A stretch of 64,000 nt of DNA from the human T2T-CHM13v2.0 reference genome, Homo sapiens. Below are positions 50,796 through 64,000 of the stretch, piece by piece (position 1 is the stretch's first letter; each line of letters begins with the position of its first letter). The stretch lies in assembly GCF_009914755.1 (NCBI RefSeq), contig NC_060932.1; one strand, 5' to 3'. Position numbers and translations under genes: made by a program. The notes below the pieces were generated by a model. The model was not told the origin of the DNA, did no database searches, and saw nothing but the letters and a program-made list of their open reading frames with translations.

Positions 50796-51532
50796 AGCTG
50801 CTAGTGGGATATTGCTTTTGAGCTTCCAGACTCCAATAGGAAAGTTACTTTTCTCAAAAATAAGAGTATAGTTTAATACACTTAGCCTATTTTCACATCA
50901 GGGCCAGATCACAGAGACAATGATCAACAACTACAAAGTCTTTGGATTGGAAAAAGGATGGAAATTTCAAGCAAACCGGGTTATTGACAATAAGTGGTGG
51001 CAGAAATTTTGCAGGCAGAATTGCAAACAAAAACAAAAATCATGTCCTTAGTAATCCTGGTAATAAAGAGCAACCTGAGGAGTGCAAATGAAAACTGAGA
51101 CAATCTGGAGATAAAATCTCTGTACAATTAATCCCTCAGACTCATGTGGAACAAGAACAGTGTGAGACACACAGAAGAGTCTCAGCCAAATTTGAAGATG
51201 AAAAAAGGAGAGAAATCTAGACTGCCCCAGAGGAGACTCCTTGTTTTTTCAAACTTATCTGGGTAAGGTATTTTATTTATCGGGGAAGAATATGAAATTA
51301 ATATTAGAACTATATTATATGTCATTATAGTTTATATGTGTATATTTATGCCTCCTTGATCTTACATTAAATTGAACTAACTCTTTTTTTCTTCCTATAA
51401 AATCCAAATCATAAGAACCCCAAGTTCAGGTATCAATATAGCAAGATATAGGGTCTATAATCATTCTGCCTGACATTGAATCAGGAAGATTTCACAAGAA
51501 TGAGAAAAATGGGCAAATAATGCCTTTTTTGA

Positions 51533-52115
<583 letters not shown>

Positions 52116-52329
52116 TAATTCAGATCTAGACTAATTTAACTATTTGCTTGTATTGTGGCAGTATCCCCAAAGAGATGGTATTTATCCTTTCACTTTTGTC
52201 CACCCTTCCACAGATTCTTAAGGTTCAGCTACATCAAAATGTTTACAGTTGTTCACTCATATTTATCCATATAGGCAGATCTGTACACTTCCTCCTGGAC
52301 GTCTGCTGTTCTCCCAAGTCTGGCTGAGT

Positions 52330-52520
52330 GCTCATCAGGTGTGCTCTTCCTATTAGGGGCTTATCACCTTGTATAAGTCTATATTTATCTCCCCCCTCTA
52401 ACTAGACTGTATGGTTCTGTGCCAGGATCTAACTTTCTGTTATTCATCTTTGTATCCCATAACTGAATGCCATGCCTCATTTATACTATATACTCTATAA
52501 ATATACACTGAAAAGAAGTG
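52330..52520 (+). mobile_element. L2 3' relic
   Basis: actagactgtatggttc...ttattcatctttgtatcccata. Confidence 0.6.
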
Positions 52521-54005
52521 AATACTCATGACTTTAATTTTCTTCATATTAATTATGAAGTTAAAAGGCTAAATTAAAACAGCTAGAATTGTAGTAGGGC
52601 TAAATAACATGTAACCTGCTTGAGAGTTTTCTTAATCAGCATCACTAGAGTCTGAACCTATTTTTATTTTTGTGCCAGTGAAGTACAAAGTTAAGTAAGG
52701 AATAAGGCCAGACAGGGAATACAATACATTCTTGTATATTTCTTTTAACCTCCCACTAGGAAACTAATAAGATGAAGACAGGGCAGTGGTAGTAAGGAAA
52801 GAATAAAATATCCTCTGAATAATGGTTCTACTTAAATATTTCCTTAATAAATGCCACAGCATTTGGGAATTCATTAAATGGAAGAACACTCTTTTCTATA
52901 TGTTAACTGCAGCTTCAGCAATAGGAAAGATGATTAAGAGATTCTTTGAACGAAGCTCAACTTTCTCAGCAGCAGCCTAATAGCTATGATTTTTCTAAAA
53001 AGAGCTTTCCTAATAACCTGTAAGCTTTCCTAATCCCTGATTCAAGACTGCTTTCTGTCTACTAATAAAAATAGAATAGATCTAGAACTCAACCCTAAAA
53101 TGCTTAAAATTTAGAATGTCCTTGAAAAGAGAAGACAAGTTGGCTAATAAGCATCTTCTATTGCTGAATATTTTTATTTTTGTTCCCTATTTCTTACCTA
53201 TACAGGGCTCCAATTCAAGAAAGAAATCTCTAGCAATATGCATTCATAAATATTACCTTAAAATTGGAATGTATCGTAGGTAGGTTAGATTACTTTATTT
53301 AAAAAAATGTATTTGTAATTAGTATTTGAAGAAAGAACAGATTTCAGACACGTCGAGTAGATATAAAAAGTAAAACCATAGTATCTGAAAAAATTTAGGC
53401 TCTGGATTTATGCGGTCTTCTCAATATTGGGAAAATATCATGAATATATTTGTAACAACAATATTAGCATATAGAACTCTATAGAATGTCCCAGGTATAA
53501 AAAATAAAGCATAGAGAGTTTAATAATTGTCTGAATACAAGGGGTAAAACATTCAATGATTAATTTACATTTCTCCCACCCAGGTAATTTATCTTAAGAT
53601 AAAATGTTCAAATATTTATATACTAATTTAATAAAAGCTAAGGATAAAACTGAAGTAATTATGTAAATGATCCAAATTCTCATAGAATTTCTACCTGTAA
53701 TGTCCAAATTATTGGGCAAAAGGTTTTGTCATTGGGTTGCCTAATAATTTCCTCAGGTCTTCATTTTGTGCAATTACATCCATTTGTTTTAGACACTATC
53801 AATACTAATGCACAATGGGAATTAGAAATTTACATAACAACATCAAGAACTCATATACTCTAACATGGTAAGCTAAGAAACATATGATATGTATATGAAC
53901 TTAATTTCCATCTGTTAAAAGATAGAAAATATGTCTAATTCACAATCTTAATTTTGGGGATATTTTCATAATAAAAGAAGAGCCTCATCAATAAAGAAAA
54001 AATTA

Positions 54006-54288
54006 AGCCTGGCCCGTGGCGCACGCCTGTAATCCCAGCACTTTGGGAGGCCAAGGCGGGCGGATCACTTGAGATCAGGAGTTCGAGATCAGCCTGGCCA
54101 ACATGGGGGAAACCTTGTCTTTACTAAAAAATACAAAAATTAGCAGGGTGTGGTGGTGCACACCTGTAGACCCAGCTATATGGGAGGCTGAGGCAGGAGA
54201 ACTGCTTGAACCTGGGCAGTGGAGGATGCAGTGAGCTGAGATGGCATCTGGGCAACAGAGACTCTGCCTCAAAACAAACAAACAATAA
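54006..54288 (+). mobile_element. AluS with a deletion near the 3' end
   Basis: Dimer; the ccactgcactccagc segment is missing before ctgggcaacagag. Confidence 0.93.
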
Positions 54289-54599
54289 ATTGTTATAAAT
54301 TCTATATTTTCCTTAAAACAAAAGCTGTACATGAATTATACATTAAAGTCAAATTTTAAATTTGACACAAGTACCACACTTTGACCAATTTTTAATTTTT
54401 GAAAGTAGATATTTGTATGTGCATATGGATGTGCATTTAGAAAGCCTTATTCAATAAAGTTTGATTGCATAGTATGTACCAGACTTTAAACTATGTGCTC
54501 TGCTGCCACGTATACAAAAACACTAGTAACCATGGAATTCCTTGGAAGAACAAGAAAGTTTATGAGCCAGAATTCTTCCATTGTTTATCAGGACAATAC

Positions 54600-54750
54600 T
54601 TTTTAACCTTGGGCTACTTGTGGGTATTATCTAAGAGCTTCTAAAAGTTTGATACCCAAAATTTACTAGTTAAATAAGAGTCTCTGGAGGTAGGACCCAG
54701 TTGGTTTTCAAGTTCCCCATATGATTCTGATGTGAGGCCCACTGGTCTAG
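54600..54750. mobile_element. MER5A-like hAT MITE
   Basis: agagtctctggaggtaggaccca...caagttccccatatgattctgatgtg...ccactggtctag. Confidence 0.6.
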
Positions 54751-54875
54751 AACGAGTAAAGGATAAGGAGATGAAATTTTCATTAACTCAGCAGGTGGAA
54801 TCAACACAAATGGAAGGAGCAATTAAACGATCTTTCACCTTGACAGACATTCAACATGCATTTTCTAAAAGCGGT

Positions 54876-55305
54876 CAGCAAAGACATGGAATCAACCTAA
54901 ATGTCCATCAGTGATAGACTGGATAAAGAAAATGTGGTAGATACACACCATGAAATACTATGCAGCCATAAAAAAGAACGAAATCATGTCCTTCACAGAA
55001 ACATGGATGGAGCTAGACCCATTATGCTTAGCAAACTAATGCAGTAGCAGAAAACCAAGTACTGCATGTTCTCACTTATAAGAGGGAACTAAATGATGAG
55101 AACACATGGACACATAGAGGGGAACAACACATACTGGGGCCTATTGGAGAGTGGAGGGTGGGAGGAGGGAGAGGATCAGGAAAAATAACTAAAAGGCACC
55201 AGACTTAATACCTGGCTTACGAAATAATATGTACAATAAACCTCCAGGACACTAGCTTATTTATATAACAAACCTACACATATAGCCCTAAACTTAAAAT
55301 AGAAG
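54876..55305 (+). mobile_element. L1PA13-15-like 3' end
   Basis: gcaaagacatggaatcaacctaaatg...ggagggagaggatcaggaaaaataact...aacttaaaatagaagtt. Confidence 0.9.
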
Positions 55306-55392
55306 TTTTTTGCTTTGTTTTGTTTTGTTTGAGATGGAGTTTCACTCTGTCGCCCAGGCTGGAGTGCAATGGCACGATCTCAGCTCAGTGCA
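55306..55392 (-). mobile_element. 5'-truncated Alu (about 63 nt plus tail) at the end of the L1
   Basis: (ttttg)n gagatggagtttcactctgtcgcccaggctggagtgcaatggcacgatctcagctcagtgca. Confidence 0.85.
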
Positions 55393-55679
55393 AAAAGTGT
55401 TTTTAAAAATGTAAAAACAAAAATAAGACTGCAGAAAAAATTTCCATTTATGTATAAGTTAAATTTCAATTCCTGAGTTTTGAAGATGAAACTAATGCAT
55501 TTAGCTCTTCCATGTAAAATAAAAGGTTTGAAAAATCCATATATACTTACGAATTAGGATGTGGCCAATTTGCTAATAATCACCTCTACAAATATGTTAA
55601 TTCTTTCCCCTGAAAAGTATTTCTCTTCCTTTTCCTTTTTCCCATTGCTACATTTCTACTATATTTCAAATTATACATA

Positions 55680-55925
55680 AAGTATTATCTTCCTGAAGAA
55701 GCCCTCAGAGACCCTCCAGTCTGATTTATATGTTGCTCTTCTGTGCTCCCATTTCATCCTAGCTAGATGTATTAAAAGTGCTGGCTCACTCCTCTCTCTC
55801 TCCCACCTCTAAGCAAGTTCCATAAAGGCAGTGACCACAATTGGCTCATTTTTGTATACCTGGGACCTAACAAGGTGCCTGGACCACAGCAGCTACTTAA
55901 TACTCAGTAAGATATTCAATAAATT
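55680..55925 (+). mobile_element. L2 3' end
   Basis: tcttcctgaagaagccctc...acctaacaaggtgcctgg...tactcagtaa. Confidence 0.65.
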
Positions 55926-55999
55926 TCACATCTCTAAGACAAAACCTATTAATAAATGCAACATTCAGCTTTTTAAAAAAAGTAGCTGGTGCTTGAAAA

Positions 56000-56155
56000 T
56001 TACTTGTGTGATGAGCAAGTTACTTACACTCTGTGCTGCAGATTGCTCATCTGTGAAATGGGGATTATGATATAAAAATTAAATGAATTATGATGTTCAA
56101 AACACTAAGACAAGAGCCTAGCACAATAAAATGTAAGTACTATACAGGTGTCTAT
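56000..56155 (+). mobile_element. MIR
   Basis: gagcaagttacttacactctgtgctgcagattgctcatctgtgaaatgggattatgata. Confidence 0.8.
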
Positions 56156-56279
56156 TAAATAAATATCAATTTATAACAAATCAGCATTATTATGTTTTTT
56201 AAAGTGGTTGTATTTATTTTTTGAGCTATACTACTTTAACGCATTTTGAAAATGTTTTCTGCATATTCTTTACACAATG

Positions 56280-56636
56280 GAGGAATGTATTTCTCACAGT
56301 TATGGAGGCTGAGAAGTCCAAGGCCCAGGGGCCACATATGGTGAGAGCCTTCTTGCTGATGGGGTCTCTGTAGAGTCCTGAGACAGTACAGGGCATTACA
56401 TGGTGAGGGGGCTGATCATGCTAGCTCAGGACTCTCTTCCTCTTTGTATAAAGACATCAGTCCTACTCCCATGATAACCTATTAATCCATTAACCCATTC
56501 ATGGATTAATGCATTTATGAGAGCAGAGCTCTCATGACCCAATCACCTCATAAAAGCCCCACTTCTCCATACTGCCACATTAGGGATTAAGTTTAGACAT
56601 GAGATTTCAGAAGAAGCAAACATTCAAATCATGACA
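56280..56636 (-). mobile_element. MSTC-like MaLR LTR, one end missing
   Basis: tatttctcacagttatggaggctgagaagtccaagg...catggtgagggggctga...aaacattcaaatcatgaca. Confidence 0.85.
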
Positions 56637-59600
56637 TTTTCCTATGCTTTCTTCCAGTGGTTTCATAGTTTCAGGTCTTTCAATTAGGTATTTAACCCAT
56701 TTTGAGTTGATTCTTCTGTAAGGTGAGAGAACAGGGATCCAGTTTCATTCTTCTGCATATTGTTATCCATTTTTTCCAGCACCATTTATTGAAAAGGGTG
56801 TTCTTTCCCCCATGTATGTTCTTGGAGGCTTGTTGAAGATCAGTTTCCTGTAGATGTGTGAACTTATGTCTGGGCTCTCTCTTCTGTCACATTGGTCTGT
56901 TTGTGTGTTTCTATGCCAGTACCATGCTGTTTAAGTTAACATAAGCTCTGTAGTGTATTTTGAGGTCAGGTAATGTAATGCCTCCAGATTTTGTTTGTTT
57001 GTTTGTTTACTTAGGATTTCTTTGGCTATTCAGGGTCTTTTGTGGTGTCATACAAATTTTAGGATTGTTTTCCTATTTCTGTGAAGAATGCCATTGGTAA
57101 TTTGATAGAAATTGCAATGAATCTGTAGATCACTTTAGGTACTATGGTAATTTTAACAATATTAATTTTTACAGTCAATGAATATGAGATGTCTTTCCTT
57201 TTTTGTATCTAACTTGTTTCATCAAAGTTTTGTAATTTTCATTGCAGAGATCTTTCAAGTCCTTGGCTAAATCTATTCTTAGGTATTTTTGTGTGTGGAG
57301 GGGGGGCTATTGTAAATAAGATCTCTTCCTTGCTTTCTTTGTCATCTAGTTCATAAATGATGTATAGAAACACTACTAATTTTTGTACATTGATTTTCTA
57401 TCCTGAGACTTTAGTTAATTCATTTTTCAGTTCTAAGAGTTTTTGATGGATCTTTACGTTTTTCTTTATATAAAATCATGTCATCTATGAACAGGGACGA
57501 TTTGACTTCCACCTTTACAATTTGTATGTCTTCTATTTCTTGCTCTTGCCTAATTACTTTGACTAGGGCTTCCAGTACTATGTTAAATAAAAGTGGTGAA
57601 AGTAGGTGTTTTTGCCTTGTTCCAGTTCTTAGAGGAAAGGCTTACAACTTTTCCCTGTTCAGTATGATGTTATCTGTGGGCTTACTATATATGGCTTTTA
57701 TTGCATTGAGGTATGTTCCTTCTATATCCAATTTGTCAAGAGTTTTTAATCATGAAGGATGTTGAATTTATTAAATGCTTTTTCTGCATATATTGTGTTG
57801 ATCATATTTTCTTGATGTGATGTATCACATTGATGAATTTGCATATGTTTAATCATCCTTGCATCCCTGAGATAAATTTTACTTGATGTGGTGTATAATT
57901 TTTTTGATGTGATGTTGAATTTGGTTTGCCAGTATTTTGTTGAGGATTTTTCCTCTAGGTTTTTCAGGGATATTAGCCTGTAGTTTTCTTTTTTTGTTGT
58001 ACCTTTGTCTGGTTTTGGTATCAGGGTACTGCTAGACTTATGAATGAGTTTGGAAGAATCTTCTCTCCTGGAATTTTCTGGAATAGTTTGAGGAATTGTT
58101 GTTAGTTTTTCTTTAAGTGTTTGGTAGAATTCAGCAGTAAAGCCATCAGTCCTGTTTTTTGCTTCGTTGGGAGAATTTTTATTATTGCTTCAATCTTGTT
58201 AGCCATAACTGGTCTTTTCAGGTTTTCTGTTTCTTTCTGGTTTAATCCTAGTAGGTTGTAAGCATCCAAGAAATAATCATTTCCTCTTAGTTTTTTTACT
58301 TGTTAGCATATATTTGTTCATAGTAATTTCTACTGATTGCCACTTCTACAGTATCAGTGTAATGTCTCCTTTTTCATTTTTTATTTTATTTATTAGAGTC
58401 TTCTTTCTTTTTTCTTAGTCTAGATAATGGTTTGCCAATTGTATTTATGTTTTCAAAAAGCCGTTTTTTTTGTTTTGTTGACCCTTATAATTTTGTGGTC
58501 TCTATTTTGTTTATTTCTGCCCTGGTATTTATTATTTCTTTTTTTTTTTTTTTAGGGGTTTGGTTTATATTTGCTTTCCTAGTTCCTTGAGTTGCATAAT
58601 TAGGTTGTTTATTTGAACTCTTTCTACTTTTTTGATGTACATGTTTATTGCTGTAAACTTCTCTTTTAGTACTGCTTTCTATCCTGGAGAATGTTCCATG
58701 TGTTAATGAGATGAATTTGTAATCTCCGGCTGTGAGATAAAATATACTGCAAATGTCTGTCAGGTCCATTTCATCAAAGTGAAGTTTAAATCTGATATTT
58801 CCTTGTTTATTCTGTCCAGATGATCTATTCAATATTGAGAGTGGAATACTGAAGTCTCCAACTATTATTATATTGGAGTCTATCTCCTCTTTTAGATGTA
58901 ATAATATATATTATATACACATATATATTTGGGTGTTCTGGTATTGGGTACATATATATTTACAATTGTTATATGCTCTTGGTGTATTTATTCCCTTATC
59001 ATTTTGTAATAACCTTCTTTGTTTCTCTTTACAGAGTTTGATGTAAAGTCTATTTTATCTGATGTAAATATAGGTACTTCTGCTTGTTTTTCATTTTCAT
59101 TTGTATGGAATACTTTTTCCACCCCCTCACTTTCAGTCTTTGTGTATCTTTACAGGTGAAGTGAGTTTTTGTAGGCAGCATACCGTTGGACCTTATTTTT
59201 TTTTCCATCCATCAACTCTATCTTATATTTGGGGGAAATTAATTCATTTACATTCAAGGCTACTATTGATAGGTACAGACTTACTTCAGTAATTTTGTTA
59301 ATTATTTCCTGGTTGTTTTGCACATCATTTGTTATCTTCCTTCTCTCTTAGTACTGATCTTTCTTTATGGTTTGGTGGTTTTCTGCATTAGTAAGTTTTG
59401 ATTCCTTTCTCTTTCTTATTTGTGTCTCTGTTCTACCAGTGAGTTTTATACTTTTGTGTATTTTCATGATGATAGCTAATATAGTTTGGTTATTTTTCCC
59501 TTCCACATCTCAGTATCTTCATTGTTAGAGGTGGAGCCTGGTGGGAGGTGTTTGAGTCATGGAATCACATCTCCTGTGAATGGCTTAGTACCAGCCTCAT

Positions 59601-61340
59601 GAAAATGGGTGAGTTCTTGCTTTATTAGTTCTCATGAGATATAATCATTACAAAAAGTCCAACATCATCCTCCTTTCTTTGTCTTGCACCCTCTCTTACT
59701 ATGTGACACAACTGCTCCTCCTTCACCTTCTGCCATGATTGGAAGCCTTCTGAGGTCCTTATCAGAAGCAGATGCCAGTACCAGTTCTTGCACAGTATGC
59801 AGAACCTGAGCAAAGTAAACCATTTTTTAAAAAAAATAAATCATCCAGCCTCGGTTGTTCCTTCATAGTAATGCAAAAATCGACTAAGACAGTAGCTATT
59901 ACCTTTTGCTTCCACATGTATTTCCTTTAGTACTTCTCATAAGAACAGTTTACTGGTGATTAAATCGTTGTTTTTGCTTGTCTGGAAAAGATTTTATTTC
60001 TTCTTCATTTCTGAAGGATAGATCTACTGGGCATAGTATTCTTGATGGACAGTTTTGTTTTTATTTGTCTTATAGGACCTTAAATATATCATCTCACTAT
60101 CTCCTGGTCTGTAAGCTTTCTGCTGAGAAATCTGCTGTTAATCTATTGAAGATTCTCTTACATTTGACTTGACATGTTTTTCTGTTTTTGACTTTCAAAT
60201 TTTGCTTTTAATGTGTCTTAAGGAGACCCTTTTTGGGTTGAGTCTATTTCAAGACCTTTGAGCTTCCTGGATCTGGATGTTCCTATTGTTTTCAAGATTG
60301 GGAAGGTTTCAGCTATTATTTTGATTAAATTAAATAGGTTTTCTCTGACTTTTTTCATCTTTTCTCCTTTTGAAACTCCCATAATGTAAACATTTGTTTG
60401 GCTAAGGGTGTCATATAATTCCAAGAAACTGTTTTCATTTCTTTTTTTATTCTTATTTTTTCTTTTTTGTTATTACAGAAAAAGGAAATTTATTTTGTTA
60501 CTAGTTTGTTTCAAAAGACTTGCCTTCAAGTTCATAAATTATTTCTTCTGCTTCATCTAGTCTGTTGCTGAAGCTCTTTATTGTATTTTTTTCATTCATA
60601 AAATTACTCAGCTCAAAAATTTGTTTCGTGCTTTTTGATAATATATCTCTGTTAATTTCTCACTCTGATCATGAATTGTATTCTTAATTTTGTTAAATTG
60701 TCCATCTCTTCTCTTGCATCTTACTGAGTTTCCTTAGAATCACTATTTTGAATTCCTTCTTTGGCATTAGATTTCCTTTTCTTTGGGGTCTGTTTCTGAA
60801 GAATTATTGTGTTTTTTTGGAGGTGTCATGTTGTCTCATTTTTTCATGTTTCTTGTGTTTTTATATTCATATCTGCATATCTGGTGGAACAGTCACTCCC
60901 TCCAATTTTACAGAGTAGTTTTTGTAGAGAAAGATTTTTCCTGTAAATGTGTCCTATATTATGAGTTGCATAGGATGCTCTGGCTTTGGTTCTGGATGGG
61001 TGCAGTAGCACAGTCTCTGTGTGATTTCTTTGGCTGCTATCAACATTAGAGTAACTCTATGGTCTAAAATGGTTTTGGAGACAACAGCATGACTTTGCTA
61101 AGGGCAGGCCAGTTTTTGAGCCATCAGTGGGCATGCAACTGGCACAGTAGCTCTACTGTTACAGAAACTGTGTTGATGGCTGGAATATATGCTAAGCAGG
61201 TTTGTCTTCAGTTTCTGAGGGACACAGTTGTATGCGGCAGCATAGCCAGCAATAATGGGCACTTTGTGGGCTGATCTTCATCACCTTGGGGGGAACTTGA
61301 GCCTATGGTGGCTCTGCCACAGAGGAGGTAGGGTCGATGG
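56637..61340 (-). mobile_element. Old L1 (L1M2/L1MA-type): ORF1 and most of ORF2, 3' end absent, internal deletions
   Basis: atcatgtcatctatgaacagggac (RT motif region), EN region at about 58.7-59.3 kb, ORF1 remnants (ELYDTLSQTNVYIMGVSKGE). Confidence 0.88.
59477..59891 (+). mobile_element. MSTB-like MaLR solo LTR inserted in the L1
   Basis: taatatagtttgg...ttctgccatgattggaagcct...gcagatgccagtacc...gactaagaca; 5-bp TSD atagc / gtagc. Confidence 0.88.
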
Positions 61341-61580
61341 CCAATTTGGGTGCTCAGTCCTTGCCTTATTTTCAACTGCAAATGGAATTACTGTCTATTG
61401 CAGCACTAAGCATGACAGTTATTAAGATGCCATAAATATTTATATTGTTAATAAATTATTCCTTTTTGCTAAAAGTGTTATCTTTAATATAAGTGGATAC
61501 TAAATTTATCAGTTACTTTTAGGTCATCTATTAAAATGATCTTTGATTTTATTCTTGTGACCTATTAAAAGAATTAATTA

Positions 61581-63924
61581 CAGTTGACCCTTGAACAACC
61601 TGGGTTTGAACTGCACACATCCACTAATATGCAGATATTTTCCAATAAATATATTAAAATATTTTTGCAGATTTGTGATAATTTGAAAAAATTTACAGAT
61701 GAATTATGTAGCCTAGAAATAATTAATGAAAAAGTTAGGTATGTTATGAATGCAGAAAATGTACATAGATATTTGTCTGTGTTATCGTTTGCTACCATAA
61801 AATATACAAAATATTACATTAAAATATACAAAATATTACAAAAATTAAACTTACCAAAATTTATGCACACAAACATAGACTGTATGTGGCATCATTCATA
61901 GTTGAGAGATATGAAAGCAAATATAAAGATGCAGTACTAAATCATAATTGCATAAAATTAACTGTAGTACATTAACCGTAATAATTTTGTAGCCACCTCC
62001 TGTTGCTTTTGCAATGAGCTCAAGTGTTATAAGTTTCTGCCTAAAACACCATGGGACACTAATCATCTCCACCTGACCAGTGTATCTCTCCAGTAAATTG
62101 TGTATCACAATAAAAAGAGATATTTTGTTGTTCTTGCATATTTTTCATTGTGTTTAGTGCAATAATATATATCCTGAATATCACCATGTGACCCATATGA
62201 AGTGTGACTAGTAATGCTGGAAATGCTCCTAAGAAGCAGAGAAAAGTCATGACATTACAAGAAAAAGGTGAATTGCTTGATATGTGCCATAGATGGAGTC
62301 TCCCACTGTGGTTATCCAGAATTTCAAGATAAATGAATCCGGTCTAAGAACTGTTGTTAAAAAAAAAAGAAAGAAAAAAGAAAAGAAAATTTATTAAGCA
62401 GTCACTGCAGCTACACCAATAGGCATAAAAACCTTGCAATTTTGGTGAAATACCTTTTTATCTTGTATTGAAAGTGCAGCTTTTCCTAATGCTATCCTAA
62501 TGCTATCCCTCCTAATGTTAAATGACGAGTTAATGGGTGCAGCACACCAACATGGCACATGTATACATATGTGACAAAACTGCACATTGTGCACATGTAC
62601 CCTAAAACTTAAATTATAATAATAAACAAAAAGAAAGTGCAGCTTTTCCGTGGATGCAGGATTTCTATAAGAAAGTTATAACCGTAGACTTTAATATAAT
62701 TTGAGAAAAAGTTATTATATGGCAACTTAAAGCAAAAGGAAGGTAGAGGATTAAAATTTGGAGAATTTAATTCCAGCAAAGTATGGTTTGATAATTTTAG
62801 AAAGAGGTAGGACTTTAAAAATTTCAAGATAACAGGAGAAGTAGCTTCTGCGACCAAGAGGCAGGAGATAAATTAGGAAGACTGAACAGGTTTTTAATGC
62901 AGACGAAAGTGCTCTATTCTGGGGTGAAAAAGCCAAAAAACAAAGCACTTAATAATAAGAAATAAAAGTGAGCATTAGGATTTAAGGCAGGAAGGAATAG
63001 GCTAACCCTACTGTTTTGTGCAAATGCAGTCAGGCTTAGAATCAGGACTGCCCTTATCTATGAACCTGCTAACTCTCAAGCCTTGAAGAAAAATTATAAA
63101 TACTAGCTGCCAGTCTTTTGGTTGTGCAACAGGAAGGCATGAACAATGAGAATGCTTTTCTGGAGGGGTTTCATCAATGCTTTGTCATGTTATGCATGAA
63201 TTCACAGGATTTAAAACACAGCCAATCAAGGAAATCATGAAAGAGACTGTGGATATGGAAAAAAAAAAAGTGGGGTTTAAAGGATTTCAAGATATGGATC
63301 TTGAGAAATTCAAGAGCCAACAGATGCCACACCAGAGGAATTAACAGAAGACGATTTGATCTGGAGATGAGTGCTTCCAAACCAGTGCCAGACAATGAGG
63401 AAAAATTGTTGAAGAAGCCGTGCCAGAAAATAGATTGACATTAGACAATCTGGTAGAAGAGTTTTGATTATTAAGGACTCCTTTTGATTTCTTTTATGAC
63501 AGGGGCCCTTTTATGATACAAGCACTTAAACTAAAGCAACTAGTAAAAGAAGGATTGGTAACATATAGAAACATTTTGAGAGAAATTAAAAAGCAAATAG
63601 TCAGACAGAAAATACAATGTATTTCTGTAATGTTACACAAAGTGTACTTGCCTCTCCTGTCTCCCCTTCTGCTTCCTCTACTTCTTTCTCCTCTGCCACC
63701 TTTGAGACAGCAACACCAACCCCTTGTTTTCCTCCCAGTCCTCAGCCCACTCAACCTGAAGACCATGAGGATGAAAACATTTATGATGATTCACTTCCAC
63801 TTGATGAATAGTAAATATATTTTCTCTTTCTTATGATTTTCTTAATGAAATTTTTCTCTAGTTTAAGAATACAGTATATAATACATATAACATACAAAAT
63901 ACATGTTAATGAACTGTGCTATTA
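61581..63924 (+). mobile_element. Tigger2 DNA transposon, decayed transposase, interrupted near its right end by an Alu
   Basis: TA followed by TIR cagttgacccttgaacaac; transposase remnants MTLQEKGELLDM, QVFNADESALFW, MIQALKLKQLVKEGLVTYRNILREIKKQ. Confidence 0.9.
62487..62632 (+). mobile_element. L1PA4/5-like 3' end (about 145 bp) with a 5' micro-inversion
   Basis: cctaatgttaaatgacgagttaatgggtgcagcacaccaacatggc...aaaacttaaattataataataaa; TSD gaaagtgcagcttttcc at 62470-62486 / 62633-62649. Confidence 0.92.
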
Positions 63925-64000
63925 GCCAGGCGCAGTGGCTCACGCTTGTAATCCCAGCACTTTGGGAGGCCGAGGCTGACAGATCACAAGGTCAAGAGGT
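63924..64000 (+). mobile_element. Alu (AluSc-like) 5' end, runs off the window
   Basis: gccaggcgcagtggctcacgcttgtaatcccagcactttgggaggccgagg...gatcacaaggtcaagag. Confidence 0.93.

Noticed and set aside
62186-63836. TIGD1-like gene
   Set aside because: Fragmented Tigger2 transposase interrupted by an L1 piece

Overview
This is AT-rich, CpG-depleted primate DNA, probably human or another ape. It looks like a large intron or intergenic region, and roughly half of it is recognisable transposable-element sequence. The elements are a full-length but disabled L1PA6-like LINE-1 (11229-17365, minus strand, with a TSD), several truncated L1s, about 14 Alu/FAM copies, Tigger4 and Tigger2 DNA transposons, MaLR and ERVL LTRs, L2/MIR relics and microsatellites. 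I recognise no host protein-coding exon. The ORF-track proteins are L1 or Tigger remnants, Alu read-throughs or chance ORFs. The most notable structures are a 64-bp-arm inverted duplication inside an LTR16, fully paired as + strand RNA if G-U is allowed, and a second pre-miRNA-sized hairpin 2.7 kb away. Also notable are two tailless retrocopies with clean TSDs (5S rRNA nt 1-42 and an Alu 5' end), a tiny twin-primed L1 inversion, and a repeat-free block at 25-28 kb with divergent splice donors and candidate exons. I see no evidence for a new multi-gene system. Subfamily calls come from recalled consensus sequences, not from a search.
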